Positions 19,802-29,732 of a stretch of 64,000 bases of DNA are shown in pieces. The stretch's first letter is position 1; every line of letters starts with the position of its first letter. Under the pieces are notes generated by a model that worked only from the letters and a program-made list of their open reading frames with translations, had not been told where the DNA came from and searched no databases. Source of the stretch: Alphaproteobacteria bacterium (lineage in GTDB: Bacteria; Pseudomonadota; Alphaproteobacteria; MPNO01). The stretch spans positions 832,001 to 896,000 of the forward strand of contig CBDFLJ010000002.1 of the NCBI GenBank assembly GCA_965248835.1, written 5' to 3'. Both the position numbers and the translations under genes were made by a program.

Positions 19802-20131
19802 GGGCATCATTGTGCCACCGGCAGGACAGCGTACTCGTCACCTGGCGCCAGAATTATCCGGCAGCGTTGCTGCGCCGTCAATGTCAATTCGTGCCTTGAA
19901 CGGTTCAAGGGCAGCGACGCGGGTGGTTCATGCCGCGATCCAGCCGCCGGCGTCGATGCCATCTATCGGTGCAAGGTCACCGCTTCGTGTGAAAACGGGA
20001 ATGGCGGCCGTCGAAAGGCGAGCGCGACCGTGGCTGGCGCGACGTCAACGATCTCCGCAACTGTGCGGGCCATCTGGAAGTCGGAGCGTGCGACCCTCAG
20101 CCGGATCCAAAGTAGCATTGTCGATAACGAG

Positions 20132-20408
20132 AGCGCGGCGCGCTCGAAACCAGGGACGAGATCATGCGGCGCGTCGATGAGGCGGCGAAGTTCGCCGGCA
20201 TCGACCAGCTCTGCCTGTCCGGCCAGTGCGGCTTCGCCTCGAGCGAGAAAGGCAACACCTCGAGCGAGGACGAGCAGTGGGCCAAGCTCGCCCGCATCGT
20301 CGAAGTGGCCGACGAGGTCTGGTCCTAACACGTTTTCCTCGGCGTTTCCCAGGTGACACGAGGACGGTTGCCCGTCTCCCGCACCGGGGCACCGACCTGC
20401 CGCGCCCG
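20132..20408 (+). repeat. Direct repeat copy 2: orphan 3' fragment of the MetE-like gene
   Basis: Encodes ALETRDEIMRRVDEAAKF..QCGFASSE..EVWS*, then the same downstream sequence as 18239-18318. Confidence 0.9.
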
Positions 20409-20646
20409 GCGTCCCGAACTGGCCTTTCGCGGCGGCAAACCCGACCGCCGCCCCCGTGCCTTCCGAAGCGATGGCCGGGGCCTTTTCCGTTTCAGGACAG
20501 CCACCTGCTGGCGGAGGGCAAGGATTTCTGTATGAAGCGCTGCGCGGCCAAGGACGGTTTCGCGGAAGACGGAGATGAGGACATTGATGATTTTGTGCTT
20601 GCCGGAAAAGGTATCCGGTGGTGATGCGAAATTCCAAGGTTTCTAA

Positions 20647-21588
20647 GAGCCCTTCCGGAAAGTTCTTGAATCGGAAGAATCGTTTGTGATTCTGTGCTGG
20701 GCATCCGGTTTACAGGAGGAAGCCCGATGTGGACTGCGGAACACCGCCGCGCGGCGGAGCGTCGCGGACTTCGCTATCCGAGTGATCTGACCGACGCCGA
20801 GTGGGCGCTGATCGCGCCAATGATCCCGCCTGCCAAGCGCGGCGGGCGCAAGCGCTCAGTCGACGTGCGCGAGGTTCTGAACGGCATCTTCACCGTGCTG
20901 TCCACGGGCTGCCAGTGGAATGCACTGCCCAAGGATCTGCCGCCGAAGTCGACGGTGTACGACTATTTCGATCTATGGGAGTGGGATGGCACGCTGGAGC
21001 GGATCCATCATGAACTCTACGTCGCGGTGCGCGATGAGGAAGGACGCGAAGCCAGCCCGTCGGCCGCGGTCATCGACAGCCAGAGCGCCAAGGCGGCGCA
21101 AAAAGGGGGGCGTCGATCGACGATCAAGGCTTCGATGCGGGCAAGAAGGTCACCGGTCGCAAGCGGCACATCATGGTCGACACGCTCGGCCTGATGCTGG
21201 GCATCGTGGTGCATTCCGGCGACGTTCAGGATCGCGACGGTGCCCACGAGCTCTTGCGCCGCACCCGGCGACGGTTCCCATTCATCGAGGTGATCTACGC
21301 CGACGGCGGCTATCAGGGACCGAAGATGGCCGCGACTGTCGCCAAGACCGGGGGGTGGCGGCTCGAGATCGTCAAGCGCAACGACGTGCCCCGCTTCGAG
21401 GTGCTGCCAAAGCGTTGGATTGTCGAACGCACCTTCGCCTGGATCAGCCGCAACAGGCGCCTCGCTCGCGACTTCGAACGTCACGTTCGATCCGTCGTCG
21501 CCTTCATCCGACTCGCCATGATCCGCATCATGCTGCGCAGACTCGCCGCAACCCACTCACCATAGATTCAAACTTTCCGGATCGGCTC
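20647..21588 (+). mobile_element. IS5-family (IS1031-type) insertion sequence, copy 1
   Basis: IRs gagcccttccggaaagtt / aactttccggatcggctc; 942 bp; near-identical to 42325-43268. Confidence 0.92.
20727..21565 (+). CDS. IS5 transposase split into two ORFs at an A5G6 slippery run (~21100-21110)
   Basis: YPSDLTDAEW, TGCQW, IDSQS, then KRHIMVDTLG, ADGGY, RWIVERTFAW. Confidence 0.88.
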
Positions 21589-21717
21589 TTACAGAACGAC
21601 CGATCTGATGTTCGCAGTGCGGCTGAAACGTTAGTTCCTGGAATCAGGAAGTGGGAGGCCCAGGAACGACAGCACGAGCGGTCCGAGGACCAGCAACGCG
21701 AGCAGCGATTCGAGTGA
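21589..21717 (+). pseudogene. Orphan C-terminus of an unknown gene cut by IS5
   Basis: ..IRKWEAQERQHERSEDQQREQRFE* begins exactly at the IS end. Confidence 0.4.
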
Positions 21718-21864
21718 CCGGGCACAGCCGGACACCGCACGGAGCCGCATCAGGAGGCTTGCGCTTCATATTGCGGCAGCGCTGCGCGGCTTTCGGTCGA
21801 TCATGGACACACCTCGCCCGTCGGGTTCCTATCGATGGTTGGTCGCGCTTCTCATGCCGGGAGC

Positions 21865-22000
21865 GGCGACGACCGTGGCCGCAGTTCGGCGATTAACCGC
21901 AGGATGTCGGCAAACAAGTCGCGCGGGATGGCAACCTCCGCCAGCTGGCAAGTGACATACCGGCCGTGGCTCACCACCTTGGCGCCGATCTTGATCACCC
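21865..22000 (-). pseudogene. IS1380 transposase C-terminal fragment
   Basis: IKIGAKVVSHGRYVTCQLAEVAIPRDLFADILRLI. Confidence 0.8.
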
Positions 22001-22206
22001 TTGATCGGCTTTGCCGCTCAAGCCCTGGGCGTGGTCAGAGACCAGTGCTAAACCGCCTTCGGTTCGCCGGCTTGAACCGCACACGGCCGATTCGGGACTT
22101 TCCTTTGCCGGCCGCGGTCAGCCCGGGCTGGTATCGTCCGGGGAAAGTCGATTGCTACACTTGAGGCGGCCGGCGGCACGGGCGCAATGAAAACGAGGAG
22201 GCGGAG

Positions 22207-23235
22207 ATGATCCCGACCCAAGTCCATTTCGTCGGATCGATCGGGCTCGATAGCGTAAGGGAAGTCTTCCGGACGTTGGGGCCGCTGCTCGGCAAGCGCC
22301 TGCGCCGCATCCCGGACGGCGAGCCGGGCGGGCGGCGCGCGTGGATCGGATGGCAGCAGGTCGTCCTGCGCCTCAACCCGTTCCTCGCGTTCGATCCGGA
22401 CAGCAGCGCGGCGACCATCCAGACGCCGCTGATGGTCCTCGCCGAGGGCGTGAAGCCGAGCGCGGTGAAATTCGGCGAGCTCGGCTACGCCCACGAGGCG
22501 CGCGCCTCCTATCAACTGTTCCGCGAAGCGCGCAAGGCCGGCGACATTCCCGAGGGCGTGCGGTTCCAGGTTTCGCTGCCGACGCCTTCCGCCGTCATCT
22601 CCACGTTCGTCGCATCGCGCGATTTTCGCGTCGTCGAAAAGCCCTACGAAAAAGCGATGCTGCGGGAGGTCGCGGAGATCTGCCGGGCGGTCCCGCACAG
22701 GGATCTCTGCATTCAATGGGACGTATGCCAGGAGATGCTGACCTGGGACGGCCAGATCGATACCTTCAAACTCCCCTATGACGACCAGGGCGCGGCAATC
22801 CTCGCGCGGCTGAGGCGGTTATGCCAATCCGTCCCGAGCGGCGTCGAGCTCGGCCTCCACCTGTGCTACGGCGATTTCAACGGCCGGCACATCGTCGAGC
22901 CGCGGGATATGACCAGGCTGGTCGCGCTCGCGAATGCCGTCTCGAAACGGGTGCCGCGGCTGATCGACTATGTTCACATGCCGGTGCCGATCGCGCGTCA
23001 TGACGACGCCTATTTCCGGCCGTTGGGCGATCTCGCGCTCGACCCGAGGACGGAGCTCTATCTCGGCCTGGTCCACGCCGACGGCGCCCGGAGCGTCAAG
23101 GCGCGCATTGCCGCGGCGGCCAGATACGCGCCCTCTTTCGGTATCGCGACCGAGTGCGGGATCGCGCGCGCACGCAAGCCCGGCGTCGTCAGGAAACTCA
23201 TCAAGGCGCATGCCGAGGTATCGCAAGACGCATAG
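22207..23235 (+). CDS. MetE/UROD-like superfamily protein (methionine synthase II-like)
   Basis: VHFVGS, RIPDGEPG, FQVSLPTP, HLCYGD, ATECG. Confidence 0.82.
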   Translation: MIPTQVHFVGSIGLDSVREVFRTLGPLLGKRLRRIPDGEPGGRRAWIGWQQVVLRLNPFLAFDPDSSAATIQTPLMVLAEGVKPSAVKFGELGYAHEARASYQLFREARKAGDIPEGVRFQVSLPTPSAVISTFVASRDFRVVEKPYEKAMLREVAEICRAVPHRDLCIQWDVCQEMLTWDGQIDTFKLPYDDQGAAILARLRRLCQSVPSGVELGLHLCYGDFNGRHIVEPRDMTRLVALANAVSKRVPRLIDYVHMPVPIARHDDAYFRPLGDLALDPRTELYLGLVHADGARSVKARIAAAARYAPSFGIATECGIARARKPGVVRKLIKAHAEVSQDA

Positions 23236-23555
23236 CGGACGATCGGGCCGCCGCTTGGTTGGCGGCGGCAGCGGCCGGCGGACACCCCGGAACGGCCGAT
23301 TGACCGGGACGCGGAGGGGGCAGCTGCAGGTTGTTCCGGGTCGACGCTGCGGCTCGGCGCGCGGCTTTGAGCCTCGTGAGCGGTTCGAAATCAATCGGTT
23401 GGCGTGCCGATCGGCTGTTCAGCGGTCATAGCGTCTCGCGGGCGGTCGGGAGACACCGACGGGTTGCGCCAATCCGATCACCTACAACCTGTCGGTCTGT
23501 CGGGAAGCAGGTCCAAGCGGTGCGTCCGGATATTTCCGAGACACGCTATTGCACG

Positions 23556-24407
23556 CTATTGCACCGAGGCGATCCATTCCTTTTTCCAGGCTCCGGCGCT
23601 CTTCCCTGTGACCCTCGAGATGCTTCCGCTGGTATCGTCGGCGGAATAGATCTGCATGATTTTTGCAACGCTCGTGTTCTTTAGGAGATAGCCGACATAG
23701 GAGCCGGCAAAGATGTAGAACGTCCGTCGGACGCGCCGATTATGAAATCGCGGAACGCCGTTTTTACCGATGAGATCCAAGGCTTCCAACGCTGTGTGTT
23801 GCCCCTCACGCAGCAGGTCTCGTGTCAATTCGTCAACCGGCGTTCCGAGATTCGGGAACGTCGGAAAGCCACCCAAGCGGTCGTTCAAATGCACCGCCAG
23901 CCCCTCCTTCAGCCACAGTGCGTTCCAATCCCAACCGATAATATGAACCGTCTCGTGAAGATAGGGCGTCCGTTGTCGCTTGGCGAAGGAGAGGAAGACG
24001 ATGGGGTGCAGGTATTTTCGGGGCTGGTAGCCGGTTATCGTGTGCGAGGGCGCGCGCCGGCTATGGACGAAATATTCGATCCTTTTCTGCTTGTAGATAT
24101 TGCTTGGAAACGCGACCCCCAGGAACGTTTCGACTTCGACAATCCCCTTGTCGATCCGGCGATGCAGCCGCCGCGAAACGTCCTCGGAAAGGTAATCCGC
24201 TTCCACCCAGACTATGGAACGTTCCGAGGTAAGCTTGCGGCCACTCTCTTTGATCGACTCGATCATGCGGATATCGCGGCAGTTCCCAGCGATTGGGCCG
24301 TGTGAGCATTCTGCGGCCTGTCCGCCCCCCGGCTGAGCGGTTGCGAGGACGCACGCGAAGGCCAGCACCGAAGGTCTGAAGGCCGAAGTTTTCCATCCGT
24401 GCATCAT
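23556..24407 (-). CDS. Secreted gluzincin-like metallopeptidase
   Basis: Signal-peptide-like N-terminus; HETVH followed by WLKEGLAVH (third ligand Glu). Confidence 0.65.
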   Translation of the reverse strand: MMHGWKTSAFRPSVLAFACVLATAQPGGGQAAECSHGPIAGNCRDIRMIESIKESGRKLTSERSIVWVEADYLSEDVSRRLHRRIDKGIVEVETFLGVAFPSNIYKQKRIEYFVHSRRAPSHTITGYQPRKYLHPIVFLSFAKRQRTPYLHETVHIIGWDWNALWLKEGLAVHLNDRLGGFPTFPNLGTPVDELTRDLLREGQHTALEALDLIGKNGVPRFHNRRVRRTFYIFAGSYVGYLLKNTSVAKIMQIYSADDTSGSISRVTGKSAGAWKKEWIASVQ

Positions 24408-24717
24408 GATCGCCTGCCGCTTGAATGGCCCACGGTCGAGGGATGGTTTCCGTCACCGAACCGTTGAATAGCCCGCTTGGCCAGCCGCCACGAGATTGTC
24501 CCGCTCCTGTGAGCCGGGGTTCCCTCTATCCGGGATTCGCCATGTGGACCCCTCTCAACCGGTTGAGCGTGACTCGAAACCGCTCGACGTGCAATCCGCC
24601 TTCGAATGACGGCCGTCTTCGCGTCGATCCCGATCATTGAGGGCCAGTTGGCAGTGTTGGCGGCGTGGAATGGCGCTCCCGCCGGCATCTCCGGGCGCGG
24701 CCTCACCCTGGCGGGCG

Positions 24718-25140
24718 CTATTTCGTCTGGTGCACGCTTGGACAGATCCTCACACGCTCCGGGGTGAAGGGGACTGTGCGCAGGCGCTTTCCGCTGGCAT
24801 CGAAGACGGCGTTGGCGATGGCGGCTGCGGCGGGCATGGTCGCGATCTCGCCGGCAACCGACGGCGGCTCATCGAGCCTCTGGATGAGCTCGACACGGAT
24901 ATCCGGGACCTCCGTGAAACGCAGGACGGAATAGTCGGCCCAATCGAGCGTCGTGATCCGGGCGGTGTCGTAATGGATCTCCTCCTTCAGCGATCGGCTG
25001 ACCGCGTGAACCACATTGCCCTGCACCTGGTTCAGGACGCCGTCCGGGTTGACCATCAGGCCGCAATCCTGGGCGACGAAGACCTTCGGGACCGTGACGA
25101 GACCCGTCTCCCGGTCGACCGCGACGTCGGCGACCATGGC
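24718..25140 (-). pseudogene. Molybdopterin-binding large subunit (xanthine dehydrogenase/isoquinoline oxidoreductase family), C-terminal fragment
   Basis: DCGLMVNPDGVLNQVQG, GE....AAIANAVFDASGKRLRTVPF; only ~140 aa. Confidence 0.82.
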
Positions 25141-25389
25141 GATGAAGCTCGGGCTCAGGCTGGATCGCGGATCACCACCGGGGTGACCTCCCGGCGGCGC
25201 GCTCTGCTTCGCACTGCGCGCGGCCGGCTTTCTTCGGCGTATCCACGCCGCGCAACCGGACGCTCAGCCGCGCCAGCTCGGACGGCAGATCGGCCGACGC
25301 GTCGACCGCGACTGTGTCGCCGTCTACCACACGCACCACGGGCCAGCACTAGTCGGCGCCGTGAGCCGGAGCCGGTCGGAAGGCGACCA

Positions 25390-25746
25390 TCAAGAACAGG
25401 ATCGGTAGCAGACAACCACATGCCCTCCCCGGTCCTCCACCTCGTACACGTAACCAAAATCGTTGCATTGGACCTTAAATCCTCGACCCGTGAATAGTGG
25501 TCGAAATGAACTTATGCTGTCGCAACGATAGCCCCGGATTTTGATGAGATTGACGATGGGAGTGATGTTTTCGGAAGCCGATATCCCTTCTGAGATCACC
25601 GCGTCCGGTTCTATAATGTACGCAGCGCCTGCTGGCGCCATCGGCACCGACTTTTTTTGCTCCCTCTCTTCGCGGTCGCCCGTGGACCACGCAATCGTGG
25701 CGATGACCACGACGACGGCTGCAACCACCAGCAAACGATTCCACAC
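25390..25746 (-). CDS. Hypothetical membrane-anchored/secreted protein
   Basis: N-terminal hydrophobic helix; IKIRGYRCDSIS..FKVQCN..YEVEDRGG. Confidence 0.6.
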   Translation of the reverse strand: MWNRLLVVAAVVVVIATIAWSTGDREEREQKKSVPMAPAGAAYIIEPDAVISEGISASENITPIVNLIKIRGYRCDSISSFRPLFTGRGFKVQCNDFGYVYEVEDRGGHVVVCYRSCS

Positions 25747-25810
25747 GGCTCTGCCCCGTCACCATCTGTCCGGCCGCATTTCGGACCCTAAACCAATTTC
25801 GGCCGCCTAC

Positions 25811-26341
25811 CTAGCGATCGACGCCGAGCAGGATGTCCTTGGCGCCGGCGACTGCCGTCCGGGCCCGTGCCGCGAGGTGTTCCGTGGTGGCGCTGCTGAT
25901 CGGATGGTCGATGACGACGAAGGGATAGTCCTGCGCCCCCAGCACCCGGCTCATCAGCTCGGCGGCGGAGACGAATTTCGCGGTCATGATGGCCGCGGAC
26001 GGCAGGCCGAGGCGCTCGCCGATGATCGCGTCATGCAAACTGCACGACGAGCAGCTGCCTCAATCGCCGACACCGGCGACCAGCGCGTTCCAGCGCTGGG
26101 CGTCGTCGAGCAGGCCGGGTTCGGCCGGCGCGCTGTAGTTGGACTTGGTCAGCCGGGCCACTTCGGCGACGCCGTGATTGTCGACCAGCTCGCGCGCGAA
26201 GGCATCGAAGAAGGCGATGGTGCCCCGCTTGCCGTTCGACAGCAGCGCGATCCGCGCGCCCTCGAGCGTGCCCAGGCGCGCCGCCGCCGTGAAGGCGGCG
26301 CTGCTCCCCTCGTGGGTCGGATCGAGTATTTCCAGAGCCAT
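25811..26341 (-). CDS. UGSC-family selenoprotein (in-frame UGA = Sec)
   Basis: ORFs 26060-26341 and 25811-26038 are in one frame, joined as GVGD-[TGA]-GSCSSCSLHD; SECIS-like hairpin follows. Confidence 0.85.
26029..26049 (-). promoter_or_regulatory. Putative bacterial SECIS hairpin
   Basis: mRNA cgucgugca-guu-ugcaugacg, stem starts 10 nt after the UGA, G first in the loop. Confidence 0.6.
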
Positions 26342-26374
26342 CGACGCTCTCTCCCTGCCTGCTCCCTGCCTGGC

Positions 26375-27427
26375 CTAGACCTCGCAATCCACGCAAGCGC
26401 CGATCGCCACGCTCACCGCATGGCTCTTGCTGCCGAACCAGGGCGGGATCACCGCGCCGAAGCCGCCCGCCGGGCCGCCGGCGGCGATGACCAGCAGATG
26501 GTCGGGATCGGGCAGCGCCGCATACTCCTGGCCGCCCTTGCGGCCGACCACGGCGCCCTTGCCGCACGCGCTCCACTCCGCCCGGCGGATCCTGGCGTGG
26601 GCGTGGACGTAATCGCGGATATCGGCCTTGGACCAGCCGGCGGAATCGAAATGCCCGCGCAGCTGCGGCGGCACGACGATGGCGTAGTTGCCGGGCCAGA
26701 TCGAATAGTGCCGCATGTTGGCGCGGATCTCGGCAACGAAGGTGTCGAGGATCCGTTCGGGCTCGACCGTCCACTCGTTCATCAGCTGGCGCGGGGCGCC
26801 GGCCGCCATCACCGTCACCGCCGAGACGCCGTCCGGCACCCCGCGGTCGGCTGCGACCGGGCGCCAGGGCGAATTGCCCTCGTCCTCGGCGATGCAGTAG
26901 CTGAACTTGCCCGGATGGCCGAGCGTGGAGCGGTCGACGCCGCCCGGCCGCGCGTCCAGCAGGTTGCAGACGATCAGCCGGACCGCCCGGCCGATCACCG
27001 TCGTCGCACGGTCGGAGGAGGCGAGCGCGTTGAAGCCGCCGCTCATCCCCAGCGCGTCGCGGACCGGGCCGTTGACGACGATCAGGATGGCGCAGCCCCC
27101 GGTGCTGGCGGTCGCGCCGTGCAGCATGAACGGCGGCTGCAGCATCGCCGTGAAGGCGGCGACCACCACCGGGAAATGCATCGGCAGACAGCCGGCCATG
27201 ACCGCGTTCACCGCCAGCTTCTCCGCCGTGATCGGCCGCTCGCGCACCGGTTCGATGCCGATCGGATGGTCGGGCACCAGCATCGCCCAATCGAGGCAGT
27301 CCTGGACCGCCTTTTCGGTCGGCGGCACCACGGGCAGGCCGTCGCTCCAACCGCGCGCGTGGTAGAACTCCTGCGCTTCGACCACGTCCTCGACGCTATA
27401 GCGCTTCGAGGTCAGGCCCATGGCCAT
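26375..27427 (-). CDS. Conserved protein of the type usually adjacent to UGSC genes
   Basis: GWSDGLPVVPPT, EKLAVNAVMAGC, TLGHPGKFSYCIAE; C-terminal CVDC. Confidence 0.75.
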   Translation of the reverse strand: MAMGLTSKRYSVEDVVEAQEFYHARGWSDGLPVVPPTEKAVQDCLDWAMLVPDHPIGIEPVRERPITAEKLAVNAVMAGCLPMHFPVVVAAFTAMLQPPFMLHGATASTGGCAILIVVNGPVRDALGMSGGFNALASSDRATTVIGRAVRLIVCNLLDARPGGVDRSTLGHPGKFSYCIAEDEGNSPWRPVAADRGVPDGVSAVTVMAAGAPRQLMNEWTVEPERILDTFVAEIRANMRHYSIWPGNYAIVVPPQLRGHFDSAGWSKADIRDYVHAHARIRRAEWSACGKGAVVGRKGGQEYAALPDPDHLLVIAAGGPAGGFGAVIPPWFGSKSHAVSVAIGACVDCEV

Positions 27428-27630
27428 GCTCCCCTATTCGGCCGCGCGGTCGGCGCGGGCGTGCTGCGCCGCCGAACCGGACCATATTCTGCCCGCCGTG
27501 GACGGAAGCGCAATCGGACTCTTTCCCGCCGTTTTCGCAGCGTTTCGAAACCGCCGCTCCGATGCAGCCTAGTGAACAACGCCAAGATAGCGCAGGAACC
27601 GGCCTTGCGGACCGCAAAACGGCATTCCGG

Positions 27631-28416
27631 TCACAGGATCGTCCTGCCGCCGTCGACCATCAGCGTCGCCCCGGTCACGAAGGACGCCTCGTCGGAGGCC
27701 AGCCACAGGACCGGGTAGGCGACTTCGCGCGGCTCGGCCCAGCGCTTGAGGAGGTTGTCGGTCCGGCCTTCCCGGCGCATGTCCTCCACCGTCCGCCCGC
27801 TCGCCTTCCGGCGCCCGATGGTGAACGGCGTGAGCGTCGCGCTCACCCCGACCGCGTTGGCGCGGATCCCGTTTTCGGCCTCCTCGCAGGCCAGGCTGCG
27901 CGTCAGCGCCAGCAGCCCCGCCTTGGTCGCGTCATAGGCGGACCAGTCGGCCCGCCCGCTGATGCCGTAGACCGAGGAGACGTTGATCACGCTCCCACGG
28001 CCGGAGCGCCGCAGCGCCGGCACGGCCGCCTTGGAGAAATTGACCGCGCCGAGGAGGTTGACCGACACCACCTCCTTCCAGGTGTCGAGATCCACCGTCT
28101 CGATCGATGCGATGTCGCGGATCGCCGCGTTGTTGACCAGCACGTCCAGCCCGCCGAAGCGCTCGGTCGCGCAGGCGACGGCGGCCGCAGCGTCGGCGGG
28201 GCTGGCGACGTCCCCGACGATCGTCGCGAGCTGCGCATCCGCGACCCGGTTCGCGATCCTGGCCGCGACCGCCTCCAGCGCAGCTTGGTTGCGGTCGACC
28301 AGAACGACGCGGCCGCCTTCCTCGCAGAACAGCGCGCCGATGGCCTCCCCCAGGCCGCCGCCGCCGCCCGTGACGACCGCCGCCTTCCCCGCCATGCGTC
28401 CGCTCATCTGCACCAC
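27631..28416 (-). CDS. SDR family oxidoreductase
   Basis: TGGGGGLG, NNAA, YDATK, VTGATLMVDGG. Confidence 0.93.
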   Translation of the reverse strand: MVQMSGRMAGKAAVVTGGGGGLGEAIGALFCEEGGRVVLVDRNQAALEAVAARIANRVADAQLATIVGDVASPADAAAAVACATERFGGLDVLVNNAAIRDIASIETVDLDTWKEVVSVNLLGAVNFSKAAVPALRRSGRGSVINVSSVYGISGRADWSAYDATKAGLLALTRSLACEEAENGIRANAVGVSATLTPFTIGRRKASGRTVEDMRREGRTDNLLKRWAEPREVAYPVLWLASDEASFVTGATLMVDGGRTIL

Positions 28417-28437
28417 CTGCGTCGATTCAAACCCCGG

Positions 28438-29227
28438 GGTAGTGTCTTAGTTTGAAATCCGCCACTTGCGAAAGGTCTTGGGCCGGTTCGGCTTTGCGGC
28501 CCGCGCGTCGATCAGGTCAACGATCTATTCCATGTCCCGCAGCGTATCGGAAACGCCTGCCGCCATCGCCGGCGACATCCGCCGGCTCGTGTGCATCCGG
28601 CAGAAATTGTAGTGCACGAAGTAGAGCGACAGCATATGAAGGAGGTTCTCGATCTTCTTTGAGAACGCATTGGTCAGCCGGGTGAAGCGGTGCATCCCCA
28701 TCCGCATGGTCAGGTTGTGCTGCTCGACATGGGACGTGCTGACCGCGGCACGCTCGGGTTTTCCGGTGATCCGACGCTTACGGGCTCCGACGCACGCCGG
28801 GGGCTGTAGCGAGCTTCGGTCTCCGGCGCGTCGCCGTAGATCTTGATGAGCTGGGCATCGCCCACATCGCCGCCGAAAGCGCCCTCAACGGCTTCCAGAT
28901 ACGCCTTGTGACCGTCCGTGGTCAGTTGAACCCGGTTCGCCAGCCGACCGCGCAGATCGTCCATGAAGGCAAGCGCATACTCGCTGCGCGCGCCCTGCCA
29001 CCCTTCGCACCTAGCGCCTTCGCGGCGGGGTCCTTGCCGTCGTCCTCGGACTCTTCCTCCTCCTCGCCGACAGCGATCCGCATGACCTTGACGGCGTTGC
29101 CGACCACGTCGGCCGGGCGCTTCTGGCCTCGCGGTCCCTTCGGCATGGCTCCTCCGATGCTTCCCGCTAAGCATACGGGATGCCGGGCCGGGCCGCGACA
29201 GGGCGGATTTCAATGTGATGCACTACC
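28438..29227 (-). mobile_element. Degenerate IS1-family element (deleted, frameshifted transposase plus small passenger ORF)
   Basis: QLTTDGHKAYLEAVEGAFG, RMGMHRFTRLTNAFSKK..YNFCR..PAMAAG; small ORF MPKGPRGQKRPADV; inner end tttcaatgtgatgcactacc. Confidence 0.8.
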
Positions 29228-29239
29228 CCGGGGGGGGGG

Positions 29240-29600
29240 TTAGACGGCCGCCGCGATCTCTCCAAGGAAGTCCCGCAGCCATTTGTTGGCGGCATCGTTT
29301 TCGCGGTTGCGATATGCCATTGGAGATGTTCGGACACGACGGGGAAGTCGATGGCGGGCGCGATGACCCCGAGCGCCAGGCGACCCGCGTAGAGCCGGGC
29401 CAGCCGGCCCGGCAAGGTGGCGATGTTGAACGTGCCGGCGACGAACAGGGGCAGCAGGGTAAAGCTCGGCAATATCGCCGTTACGGTCCGCGCGCAGCCC
29501 AGCTCGTTCAGACAGGCGGCATCGAATGCGAGCGTTCGGTCGCCGTCGATGCTCGGCGACAGCACGACGATGTGACAGAGTCCAGGTTTGTGCCCCATCG
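29240..29600 (-). pseudogene. LysR substrate-binding domain fragment
   Basis: PSFTLLPLFVAGT..IATLPGRLA..QWH; no HTH. Confidence 0.65.
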
Positions 29601-29656
29601 AAATCAGGGCCGTTCCGACAGCCTCCGTGGAGGAAGAAAAGGACCGATCTACCCGC

Positions 29657-29715
29657 TCAACGAAATTGTTGACAACAAATCTGTTGAATATGGTATGCTT
29701 CAACGAATTTGTTGA
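29657..29715 (+). promoter_or_regulatory. Sigma70-like promoter overlapped by three TCAAC-N6-GTTGA palindromes
   Basis: TTGACA 29669-29674, TG-g-TATGCT 29691-29699; palindromes at 29657-29672, 29672-29687, 29700-29715. Confidence 0.65.
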
Positions 29716-29732
29716 AAGCGGGTGCGCAAGCA

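Noticed and set aside
21100-21110. IS5 transposase frameshift as inactivation or novelty
   Set aside because: The same run is present in both copies; split transposases with slippery sites are ordinary for this family
29230-29239. G10 homopolymer as a phase-variation tract
   Set aside because: Lies between an IS end and a LysR pseudogene, not in an intact gene or evident promoter
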